A program made the position numbers and the translations under genes. DNA of 64,000 nt from Dyella sp. (GTDB taxonomy: Bacteria > Pseudomonadota > Gammaproteobacteria > Xanthomonadales > Rhodanobacteraceae): NCBI RefSeq assembly GCF_036746095.1, contig NZ_DAIOEU010000016.1:3707-67706 (forward strand), in the 5' to 3' direction. Positions 37,176-45,092 of the stretch are shown here, piece after piece. Numbering within the stretch: the stretch's first letter is position 1; each line of letters begins with the position of its first letter. The notes beneath the pieces are model-generated. The model was not told where the DNA came from and made no database searches. It worked only from the letters and a program-made list of their open reading frames with translations.

Positions 37176-37473
37176 CTATTTGCGACTTTTCCAGCGGCCA
37201 GGGTGACGAGTTCCGTGGATGACGGCAAAGACAACCGCATCGATCCCATCCACGACAAAATAAATGCAAAAAAGGGAATCGGTTCATTACTGCGCGACGC
37301 GCATTTCTATGTACAACCGGAAAGGCAAGTGGCTCCTCACCAATCCGGTCGAACAGTGATTGGGCCTCATCGAGAAATTCGTGGCCAAGCCCAACGCGTT
37401 GTTGTTCGTACCAAGAAGCTGCATCGGTGAGATCCCGATCCGCCTCATTCCTGAGCCGGACAATATTTTTCAT
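37176..37473 (-). pseudogene. parE: ParE/RelE-family toxin gene interrupted by a 1-nt homopolymer frameshift
   Basis: The N-terminal frame reads 'MKNIVRLRNEADRDLTDAASWYEQQ...AVMNRFPF'. After the T6 run (forward-strand A6 at 37268-37273), dropping one nt continues as 'CIYFVVDGIDAVVFAVIHGTRHPGRWKSRK*' with the stop at 37176-37178. That is a textbook ParE C-terminus and gives a 98-aa protein. Confidence 0.8.
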
Positions 37474-37679
37474 AGCTTCTTGCGTATATCTGCAATGACG
37501 TCGGCGACCGGGCGACCGGAATGACCATCTGCTTCGTAGGCGTCCAAGCGACGATCGAGTTCGGAGCGCTGCTCTGAGGTCAGTGTAAGAGCGTTCTTAT
37601 CAGCCGCAATGCTATCCCACAGGTCTTCGACGAGGAGGATGCGTTCGTTAACGGGTAGCTTCAAAAGATTGATGTTCAT
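37470..37679 (-). CDS. addiction-module antitoxin (TIGR02574-type), partner of ParE
   Basis: 'MNINLLKLPVNERILLVEDLWDSIAAD...LTSEQRSELDRRLDAYEADG'. Its stop overlaps the parE start (ATGA). Confidence 0.8.
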   Translation of the reverse strand: MNINLLKLPVNERILLVEDLWDSIAADKNALTLTSEQRSELDRRLDAYEADGHSGRPVADVIADIRKKL

Positions 37680-37941
37680 GGGTATACAGGATATGCCGAA
37701 GGGTGCCGCGTTCCAATAGTGCATTGCTTCGTTCGAGCAGCGGCAAGAATGCGATGACGTTTTCGGCAGACTCATTTCCCGAATGGCGATGGAGCTTAAG
37801 GGGTATGTGCTTGCCGCTGTCGAACCGCAGAGCCGACCTGTTGGGAAGGAGCATCGTGCAGAGCCTCAACATCTGAGTGAAGTCGCGTCGCCCAAGTGTT
37901 TCCTTAAATGAATTATTAGGTCGCGATCGACTAGTATTCAT
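37648..37941 (-). CDS. hypothetical protein (weak call)
   Basis: An ATG at 37941 overlaps the MazG-like stop by 11 nt. Its 3' end overlaps the antitoxin start by 32 nt. I recognise no motif, and the region is low in GC. Confidence 0.3.
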   Translation of the reverse strand: MNTSRSRPNNSFKETLGRRDFTQMLRLCTMLLPNRSALRFDSGKHIPLKLHRHSGNESAENVIAFLPLLERSNALLERGTLRHILYTHEHQSFEATR

Positions 37942-38281
37942 TGTATTTCTTGGCACTTCCGCGGACACGATCAGCGGGGTATTTGAGTTCATTTGTTTCC
38001 AACTTAACCGATGCGCATTCCAGTGGGTCAAGCGAGAATTTATCTGCGAGGTTTAATAGGTAGAGCTGAACATCCCCGATCTCCTCCTTGAGGCGAGCGA
38101 GCTTATCAGCACTGAGATTTGAGCTCTCTGCCTCGGTCATCCACAGAAATACTTCGAGTATTTCCGCTGCCTCAGTTGCAAGGCCAATGGCTAGGTTCTT
38201 CGGGGAATGGAACTGCGCCCAGTCACGGGCTGCGACGAATGTCCGCAGCCTTTTTTGTAGCTCCGTGACAGCGGAGCTCAT
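37931..38281 (-). CDS. MazG-like nucleotide pyrophosphohydrolase (dCTPase-like all-alpha NTP-PPase)
   Basis: 'LQKRLRTFVAARDWAQFHSPKNLAIGLATEAAEILEVFLW...EEIGDVQLYLLNLADKFSLD' is the characteristic E-x-x-E ... E-x-x-D helix pair. Confidence 0.8.
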   Translation of the reverse strand: MSSAVTELQKRLRTFVAARDWAQFHSPKNLAIGLATEAAEILEVFLWMTEAESSNLSADKLARLKEEIGDVQLYLLNLADKFSLDPLECASVKLETNELKYPADRVRGSAKKYNEY

Positions 38282-38693
38282 GCGATTAACTCCGGCTCAC
38301 GATGTTTGAGAAAGGCGCGGATTTGTGCCTCGTGCTCGACTGAGAAGCGCTTGAAGGTCATGACCGGTGAGTACTCAGTTGCGGAGATTCCAAGCACTTC
38401 TGTCAGATTGAATGGCCGAGCAATACGTCGTGTACCCCGGCATTGCACGAAGTTGCGCCAACGTCCCTCAGTGCCAGGCCAATATTTCTCGGACTCGCCA
38501 GGAACAAGCTTTCGAATTGATTCGAGTGCCATGATGTACTGAATCTGGTGCTCGGTCCTCGCGCAGTCGGCAGATTTTTGCTGACGAGAGCCAACTCACC
38601 GATGTACCAATCAAGTGGTTGGCTACGGAAGGCATGCTTTTCGGTCTTTACGACACTGGGTAACATTGCGCCGGAAGTTTTGAATAAGAACAT
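38278..38693 (-). pseudogene. unknown gene of about 138 aa, split by a 1-nt homopolymer frameshift; a possible toxin/effector of an antitoxin-X-MazG cassette
   Basis: Frame a reads 'MFLFKTSGAMLPSVVKTEKHAFRSQPLDWYIGELALVSK' (ATG at 38693, 4 nt after the antitoxin-like stop). At the A5 run (forward-strand T5 at 38575-38579), adding one A continues as 'KSADCARTEHQIQYIMALESIRKLVPGESEKYWPGTEGRWRNFVQCRG...FLKHREPELIA'. Its stop overlaps the MazG-like start (ATGA). Confidence 0.55.
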
Positions 38694-38695
38694 GG

Positions 38696-38926
38696 TCAAT
38701 CCTTCAGTTGACGAGCGTGAGCCTTGGCTGAGACATCTCTTGCGCTCGTCAGAGCCACTGTTTGGGAGTCGATCTGCTCATTCCGGCGAAGTGCTTCCTG
38801 CATCCATAGCTGCTCGATTTCCGCCGGGGAAAATGATTCGAGGCGATCGATCAGATCAAAGGCCAGTTGCGCTCTTTCCTGGGAGGAAAGGCTGAGTGCT
38901 TCACTTTCGAGAGATTTCAGGTCCAT
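38696..38926 (-). CDS. addiction-module antitoxin-like protein (TIGR02574-type), second copy
   Basis: 'LSLSSQERAQLAFDLIDRLESFSPAEIEQLWMQEALRRNEQIDSQTV' shows the same family signature as 37470..37679. Confidence 0.7.
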   Translation of the reverse strand: MDLKSLESEALSLSSQERAQLAFDLIDRLESFSPAEIEQLWMQEALRRNEQIDSQTVALTSARDVSAKAHARQLKD

Positions 38927-38948
38927 GGGAGTCCTGTAAAGCAGTAGA

Positions 38949-41900
38949 TCAACGCCGTACGTATGTTACATCGCTAGTCCCATCCGGCTCCGGCCGTCGC
39001 AACAAGGCGTTGTACCAACGCCGCTGCTGCGCAAGATCGCCTTCAATCAGCCATTGCGGTTTATTGGCGACCAGCGCGGCGACAGGCATGCCGTCTTCGT
39101 AAAGCACGCGCGTGCCGGCCAATGCAGGCAGGCGATCGCCGGTGAGAACGGTGCCGACCAGGTTCAAGGGATCGCTGCCGCTGAGCGTGACGCGGATCTG
39201 CTCAGGTGGGCGCAGCCGTATGCTGCGCAGGTGGGCGATGGCTTCGGGCAGGGCGAATTGTTCGCCGACCAGTCCTTCCACGAAGCGGCCGCCGCGGATT
39301 TCGCCGCGGGCTTCCAGGCGGTGGTAGACGCGCAACAGTTCGCGCCACGAAGGCAGCCAAGGGGCTTCGCGTTCGAGGAGTTTCCAGAAGATGACGCCGT
39401 AGCGGCGCAGCAGCACGCGGGCGATGTGTTCGACTGGATCGTCGGCGGCGGTGGGCGCTTCACTGCGCGGTGACATTTTTGTTGGAAGCTTGCGCACCAA
39501 CGACCATCGACCGGCATCCTCGATCTCGCTCAAGTTATGCCTGCGCACGCGACGATAGCGGGACGATTCGCGCTTGGCGGCGGGCGTGAGCAATGCACGC
39601 AGGCCGGCAAAGCTGTCGGAGGTAACGCGTCCGGCGGAAACCAGCTCGCCTAGCGCATCCTCAAGCTCCGTGCGCAACAGATGCGCGGCCTCGAGCAGTT
39701 CGTCGAAGAACAAGGCACCGTGTGCGTTCAGCGCATCGGCGACGGCTTGCGCACGCGACGACAGCAACGGTTCCTGTTCCTGATTGCGATCGGCCATGCT
39801 GGTCCAGATCGGCCATTGGCGACGCGGCAACAGCACGATCGGCGTCGCGCGTACCGGGCCGCCGCTGCCGCCACCGCTGCGCAGGCGATTCCAGCCGATG
39901 CGGCCGGCGCGACACAGTTCATCCAGCCAACGGCTGGAGTAGCCCTCGATGCGCGACGCCAGCAACTCGCCTTCCCACGCACCCGCTGCGGCTTCGAAGC
40001 CTTCAAATTGGTGAAGCACGCCACTGAGCGCATCCGGGCCGCTCAGCTTCGTACCCGGTGTGGTGTGCTGCCATTCGAGCAGGAAGCGCATCAGGTCGCG
40101 GCGGCTGACCGGTTCGATTTCCCGTCGCAAGCGGCCGATGGTGTAGCGATGGATGCGTGCGAGCAGATGGCGTTCACACCATTCGGTATCGCTGGCCTCC
40201 GGCGAAAAGTGGCCCTGCATGACGTAGCCTTCCGATTGCAGGCGAATCAGGGCAAGGTCGATGTCGGCGCTTTCCACCTGCATGGATGCGGCAAGGGCGG
40301 CGACGGTGCTGGGGCCCAGGCCGGTGAGGCGGCCGCGCACGAATTCCAGCAAGGCGTCTTCGCGCGTCCAGGTTTGCGCGGCGTATTCGGCGGGCGCGGT
40401 GATGGATGGATGCAATGCGGCGTGTTCATGCACGGCATTCCACATGGCCAGTTTTTCGGCGCAGATCCACACACCCTTTTCCTTCTCCCCTTTGGGGAGA
40501 AGGTGGCCCGAAGGGTCGGATGAGGGGCTGTGCAGAGCGGAAGCTTCCCGCGAGATTCCGCCGTCGCCCTCTCCCCTGTTATTGATCAAAGATCGGGGAG
40601 TTAAGAGCGTCGCACGATGGACCTTGGCAAGCTTGTGCAGCCAATCGAGCCAGCCGTCATGCGCACGCGCTTCTTCTGCCGTGACGAACCCGAGCACATT
40701 CAGCGCCTCGTGCATTTCATCGGCGCTGCGTACATCCGGCCATGCTTCGCTGCGCACCGCAGCAATCGCTTCCGGATCGAGCTTGGCCAGATCGTCCGTA
40801 TCCTCGATGCCGTTCCAATGACGCGTTTGCACTGCGCGCGTGCGGCGTTCTTCCAGCGGCGCGTCGTCAAGGAACGCATACGGCGCGGCGTTGAGCACTT
40901 CGCTGGCGAGCGGGCTGGGCGCGGTGAGATCACGTGCGACCACGGTGATCGCACCCGATTCCATGTTCTTCAAGACATCCAGCAATCCATCCACGTCCAT
41001 CGCTTCGCGCAGACAGTCGTGCAGGGTCTGGTTCACCAGCGGATGATCGGGGATCTGCCGCTCGCCGACGATGTTTTCCAGGCAGGCGACCTGGTCGGGG
41101 AAGACAGTGGCGAGCAGGTCCTCGCTCTTCATGCGCTGCAAAGGCGCAGGCACTTTCTTGCCGCCCGCATAGCGCGGCAGGGCCAGCGAGGTCACCGCAT
41201 TCCAGCGCCAGCGCACCGGGAATAGCGGCGCATCGAGCAGCGCCTGCACCAGCACGTGTTCGGCGGTGTTGCTGTGCAGGTAACGCGCCACTTCGATCAG
41301 CGGAAAACTGTGGCTGGTGGAAAGCGACAGCACGATGGCGTTTTCGGTTGCGGCGGCCTGCAATTCGAAATTGAATTGCCGGCAAAAGCGCTTGCGCAAC
41401 GCCAAGCCCCACGCCTTGTTGATGCGGCTGCCCCAGGGCGTATGGATTACCAGCTGCGTGCCGCCGGATTCATCGAAGAAGCGCTCGAACACCAGCGTGG
41501 ATTGCGTCGGCATCACGCCCAGCGCGGCCTTGGCCTTGGCAAGATATTCCACGATCTGCTGCGCGGCGGATTCGTTCAATCCGAGTACTTCGCGCAACCA
41601 GTCGAAGGCCGCCTGCACGCCGCCGGCATCGATGCGTGCGGCCATTTCTTCGCGCAGGCGCGATACGCCCACCGACAATTCGTTGCTGCGACCCGGGGCT
41701 TCGCCCAGCCAGAACGGAATGCTCGGCGGTGCGCCTTGCGCGTCTTCCACGCGCAAGCGGTCGCGCTCCACGCGAAGGATGCGATAGCTGGTGTTGCCGA
41801 GCTGGAAAATATCGCCAGCCAGGCTTTCGACTGCGAAGTCTTCGTTCACCGTGCCGACGATGGTCGCTTGCGGTTCCAGCACCACCAGGTAATCGGCGGT

Positions 41901-43544
41901 ATCGGGAATGGTTCCGCCCGAGGTGACGGCAGTGAGGCGCGCACCGCGCCGTGCGCGCAGTTCGCGATGCACGGCATCGCGGTGAACGTATGCAGCGCGA
42001 GCGCCGCGCCGTGTGCTGAAGCCGTCGGCCAGCATGCGCACGACGGCATTGAACGTATCGCGGGGCAAGCTGCGATAGGGATAGGCGCGACGCACCAGGT
42101 CGAACAGCGCATCTTCGTCCCATTCCGCGCACGCCACTTCAGCCACGATCTGCTGCGCCAGCACATCCAGCGGTTGCGGCGGCTGCATCAGCGTGTCGAG
42201 TTCCCCACGGCGCACGCAATCGAGCATCGCGGCGCATTCGACCAGGTCATCGCGGCTGGTGGGAAACAGCCGTGCTTTCGGCGTGCCGTTCACCGCGTGG
42301 CCGGAACGGCCCGCACGTTGCAGGAACGCAGCGATGGAGCGTGGCGAAGAAAGCTGGCACACCAGATCCACGTCGCCGATATCGATACCCAGTTCCAGCG
42401 ACGCGGTGGCGACCAGTACTTTCAGTTCACCCCGTTTCAGGCGTTGCTCGGCGTCCAGGCGCTGCTCTTTTGCAAGACTGCCGTGGTGCGCGGCGACGGC
42501 TTCATGGCCGAGGCGTTCGGACAGATGCCGCGCCACGCGTTCGGCCATGCGCCGCGTGTTGACGAACACCAGCGTGGTGCGGTGTTGCTCGACCAGTTGC
42601 GCAAGCTGGTTGTAGACCAGGTCCCACGTGTCGTTGGACATGACCGCTTCCAGCGGCACCGGCGGCACTTCGATGGCGAGATCGCGCTCGCGTGTGTGGC
42701 CGACGTCGATGATGGTGCAGCCTTGCTCTCTTTCAAGCTTTTGCTCCCTCTCCCCTCTGGGGTGAGGGGCGGCTCTTGCGAAAAGATCACTGATAACAGG
42801 CGATGACTCGTTTTGAGTTTCCGGCGAGATTCGCCCCTCGTCCCAGCCCTCTCCCCGGAGCGGAGAGGGCGCAAGGCCTGTGCCCTCCCCCACCAGAAAC
42901 TTCGCCACATCCTCGATCGGCTTCTGCGTCGCCGACAAGCCAATCCGCTGCAACGGCCGCTGGCACAACGCTTCCAATCGCTCGAGCGTCACGGCCAGAT
43001 GCGCACCACGCTTGCTGGCCGCCACCGCGTGGATTTCATCCACGATCACGCTGCGCACGCTTTTGAGCATCTCCCGCCCGGACAGCGAGCCCATCAGCAC
43101 GTACAGGGATTCCGGCGTGGTCACCAGGATGTGCGGCGGCACCTTGCGCATCAGGCTGCGCTCGGCTTGGGGGGTGTCGCCGGTGCGCACGGCGGTGCGG
43201 ATCGGCGCGCCCGGCAGGCCGAGCTTTTCCAGCTCGATGCCGATGCCTTCCAGCGGCGCTTCCAGGTTGATGTGGATATCGTTCGACAATGCCTTCAGCG
43301 GCGAGACGTACACCACGCGTGTTTCGTCCGGCAGCGTGCCGCCGCGCGCCACGCTCTCCTGCACCAGCTGGTCGATGGCGGCAAGAAAGGCGGTCAGCGT
43401 TTTACCCGAACCGGTCGGCGCGGCAACCAGTGTGTGCCGCCCTGCCCTGATCTTTGGCCAGGCGGCAGCCTGCGCGGAGGTGGGCGCCGGGAACGTGTTG
43501 CCGAACCAGGCGGCAACCGCGGGATGGAAGTTCTGCAGAGGCAT
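38949..43544 (-). CDS. lhr: Lhr-like large ATP-dependent DEAD/DEAH-box helicase (about 1531 aa)
   Basis: The start at 43544 gives 'MPLQNFHPAVAAWFGNTFPAPTSAQAAAWPKIRAGRHTLVAAPTGSGKTL'. Motifs 'VIVDEIHA', 'GLSATQKP', 'HHGSLAKEQR' and 'QRAGRSGH', followed by a long Lhr C-terminal extension. The 1854-aa ORF in the track is an upstream run-on across the AraC gene. Confidence 0.9.
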   Translation of the reverse strand: MPLQNFHPAVAAWFGNTFPAPTSAQAAAWPKIRAGRHTLVAAPTGSGKTLTAFLAAIDQLVQESVARGGTLPDETRVVYVSPLKALSNDIHINLEAPLEGIGIELEKLGLPGAPIRTAVRTGDTPQAERSLMRKVPPHILVTTPESLYVLMGSLSGREMLKSVRSVIVDEIHAVAASKRGAHLAVTLERLEALCQRPLQRIGLSATQKPIEDVAKFLVGEGTGLAPSPLRGEGWDEGRISPETQNESSPVISDLFARAAPHPRGEREQKLEREQGCTIIDVGHTRERDLAIEVPPVPLEAVMSNDTWDLVYNQLAQLVEQHRTTLVFVNTRRMAERVARHLSERLGHEAVAAHHGSLAKEQRLDAEQRLKRGELKVLVATASLELGIDIGDVDLVCQLSSPRSIAAFLQRAGRSGHAVNGTPKARLFPTSRDDLVECAAMLDCVRRGELDTLMQPPQPLDVLAQQIVAEVACAEWDEDALFDLVRRAYPYRSLPRDTFNAVVRMLADGFSTRRGARAAYVHRDAVHRELRARRGARLTAVTSGGTIPDTADYLVVLEPQATIVGTVNEDFAVESLAGDIFQLGNTSYRILRVERDRLRVEDAQGAPPSIPFWLGEAPGRSNELSVGVSRLREEMAARIDAGGVQAAFDWLREVLGLNESAAQQIVEYLAKAKAALGVMPTQSTLVFERFFDESGGTQLVIHTPWGSRINKAWGLALRKRFCRQFNFELQAAATENAIVLSLSTSHSFPLIEVARYLHSNTAEHVLVQALLDAPLFPVRWRWNAVTSLALPRYAGGKKVPAPLQRMKSEDLLATVFPDQVACLENIVGERQIPDHPLVNQTLHDCLREAMDVDGLLDVLKNMESGAITVVARDLTAPSPLASEVLNAAPYAFLDDAPLEERRTRAVQTRHWNGIEDTDDLAKLDPEAIAAVRSEAWPDVRSADEMHEALNVLGFVTAEEARAHDGWLDWLHKLAKVHRATLLTPRSLINNRGEGDGGISREASALHSPSSDPSGHLLPKGEKEKGVWICAEKLAMWNAVHEHAALHPSITAPAEYAAQTWTREDALLEFVRGRLTGLGPSTVAALAASMQVESADIDLALIRLQSEGYVMQGHFSPEASDTEWCERHLLARIHRYTIGRLRREIEPVSRRDLMRFLLEWQHTTPGTKLSGPDALSGVLHQFEGFEAAAGAWEGELLASRIEGYSSRWLDELCRAGRIGWNRLRSGGGSGGPVRATPIVLLPRRQWPIWTSMADRNQEQEPLLSSRAQAVADALNAHGALFFDELLEAAHLLRTELEDALGELVSAGRVTSDSFAGLRALLTPAAKRESSRYRRVRRHNLSEIEDAGRWSLVRKLPTKMSPRSEAPTAADDPVEHIARVLLRRYGVIFWKLLEREAPWLPSWRELLRVYHRLEARGEIRGGRFVEGLVGEQFALPEAIAHLRSIRLRPPEQIRVTLSGSDPLNLVGTVLTGDRLPALAGTRVLYEDGMPVAALVANKPQWLIEGDLAQQRRWYNALLRRPEPDGTSDVTYVRR

Positions 43545-43684
43545 GGTAGGTAACCCGTGGTCGCACGGGCGCAAGGCTCGTCGATCATGACATAGGGGTG
43601 ATTGGCCAGCGTAAAAGCTTTCATTCCCCTGCTCCCTGGGCGTCCAAGCATGCTCACTGTTGGCAGTCGCAAGAGATGAGACGC

Positions 43685-44497
43685 CTAGGCCGTTGCGCGC
43701 TGCCCGAAGTACCGCGCCGGCGAGTGGCCAAAGCAGCGGCGGAACATGGCGATGAACGCGCTGGTGCTCGCATAGCCCAGGCCGTCGGCGACTGTCGCGA
43801 CAGGCAGGCCTTCGGCCAATTGCTCCAGCCCCTTGGTGAGGCGCGCCTGCTGGCGCCACTGCGCGAAGCTCAAGGCCGTTTCGGCGCGGAACAGGCGGCT
43901 GAGCGTGCGCGCGGAAAGTCCGGCCCAGGCGGCCCATTCTTCCAGGCTGCGGTTGTCGTGGGGCTGTTCCAGCACGGCCTGGGCGATACGCAGCAGGCGG
44001 CGGTCGATCGGCATCGGCAGATGCAGCGGTTCGAGCGGCGCGGCGCGGATTTCCTCGAGCAGCACGCCCATCACCCGTTCCTGCCGCTCGGTCAGCTCCG
44101 GATTCCAGGTCCAGGAACTGGCGCGATGCACCAGCTCGCGCATCAGCGGATTCACGCCGATCACGCCGGGCCGTTCGGGCAGGCAATGCGCAACCTCGGG
44201 ATGCAGGAACACGCCCCAGCCGGTCAGCGGCCCGTTGATGGTCACCTTGTGCAGCTCGCCCGGCGGCATCCAGCCGGCCCGATGCGGTGGCAATAACCAG
44301 GAGCCGTGCGCGGTATGCATATGTACCAGACCGCTTTCCACGCAGAAGAACTGACCGCGCGCATGACTGTGCCAATCGTATTGCTTGGTTTCCTGGGTGT
44401 ATTCGCTGAAGGCTTCGCCGTCGTCCCAGTAGGCGATCAGGGCGGGGCCATCCAGCCGTTCGATCAGTTCGTAGAGCTCCTGTTTGGTCCGCTGCAT
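43685..44497 (-). CDS. AraC family transcriptional regulator with N-terminal cupin domain
   Basis: Cupin 'HSHARGQFFCVESGLVHMHT'. C-terminal HTH 'LEEWAAWAGLSARTLSRLFRAETALSFAQWRQQARL...GYASTSAFIAMFRRCFGHSPARY'. Confidence 0.85.
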   Translation of the reverse strand: MQRTKQELYELIERLDGPALIAYWDDGEAFSEYTQETKQYDWHSHARGQFFCVESGLVHMHTAHGSWLLPPHRAGWMPPGELHKVTINGPLTGWGVFLHPEVAHCLPERPGVIGVNPLMRELVHRASSWTWNPELTERQERVMGVLLEEIRAAPLEPLHLPMPIDRRLLRIAQAVLEQPHDNRSLEEWAAWAGLSARTLSRLFRAETALSFAQWRQQARLTKGLEQLAEGLPVATVADGLGYASTSAFIAMFRRCFGHSPARYFGQRATA

Positions 44498-44760
44498 GGC
44501 CGAATCTCGACATTATTTGACCAAATAACGTTATCAGCTTGTCACCAGCTTTGCCTAAGCTTCCCCCTGCTGACCGGCCGATGGCGCCGGGCCACCACGC
44601 CGCTGCCGCCGCTCGCGGCTATCTGATGCAAACCCAGGGGGCTGTGCCGATGACTGCGCCAAGCGCGCAGGCCCTGGTTGGGCGCGCGCAAATGTCTGTC
44701 ACGGCACGCCTCGTTCGTCCGTCTATTGAGCGATCCGCGCTGCACTGAGAAGGAAAGGTC

Positions 44761-45006
44761 ATGTCACCGCTTCAACTGGTTTCCCTGAAATCCGAGGTTT
44801 CGCGCTCCCCGCTGGAGACGTTCGTTGCCTGCGCGCACCAGATGCTGGATCCGGCCACGCCGGAGGCCGTGCGCCGGGCGATGGAGCCGCGCCTGTTGGC
44901 CCAGTTGCCCGCATTGCGGGCGTTGGGCGTGTTCCAGCTGTTCGAACTGCGCGATCCCGCCCTCAAGGCCTGGCTGGACGACGAGCTGGCCGAACTCGTG
45001 AAGTAA
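44761..45006 (+). CDS. small hypothetical protein (81 aa)
   Basis: Strong RBS 'gaaggaaagg' 4 nt before the ATG. The composition looks helical and protein-like. I recognise no family. Confidence 0.5.
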   Translation: MSPLQLVSLKSEVSRSPLETFVACAHQMLDPATPEAVRRAMEPRLLAQLPALRALGVFQLFELRDPALKAWLDDELAELVK

Positions 45007-45056
45007 TCCATTTCTGTCAATTTGCCAAAACAAAAAGTGTCCAACACATATTTGCC

Positions 45057-45084
45057 TTGACAAATATTCTAGGGGCAATAGAAT
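45057..45084 (+). promoter_or_regulatory. sigma-70-like promoter of the marR-efflux operon; the transcript may be nearly leaderless
   Basis: TTGACA (45057-45062), a 16-nt spacer, then TAGAAT (45079-45084). The marR ATG is at 45093, only 8 nt after the -10 box. The inverted repeat 'ttgcc...ggcaa' spans the -35/spacer region. Confidence 0.5.
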
Positions 45085-45092
45085 ACGCGGCC

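Noticed and set aside
37260-37280. Programmed ribosomal frameshifting at the parE T6 run, and likewise at the A5 run at 38575-38579.
   Set aside because: I found no canonical slippery heptamer, no obvious downstream stimulatory structure, and no known precedent for these families. The runs are shorter than those usually needed for transcriptional slippage. A mutation or a sequencing error is more parsimonious.
43545-44513. The N-terminal 323 codons of the 1854-aa ORF 38949..44513.
   Set aside because: This extension overlaps the convincing AraC regulator (43685..44497) in another frame and is Arg/Ala/Pro-rich nonsense. Lhr homology begins at the Met at 43544 ('MPLQNFHPAVAAWF...').
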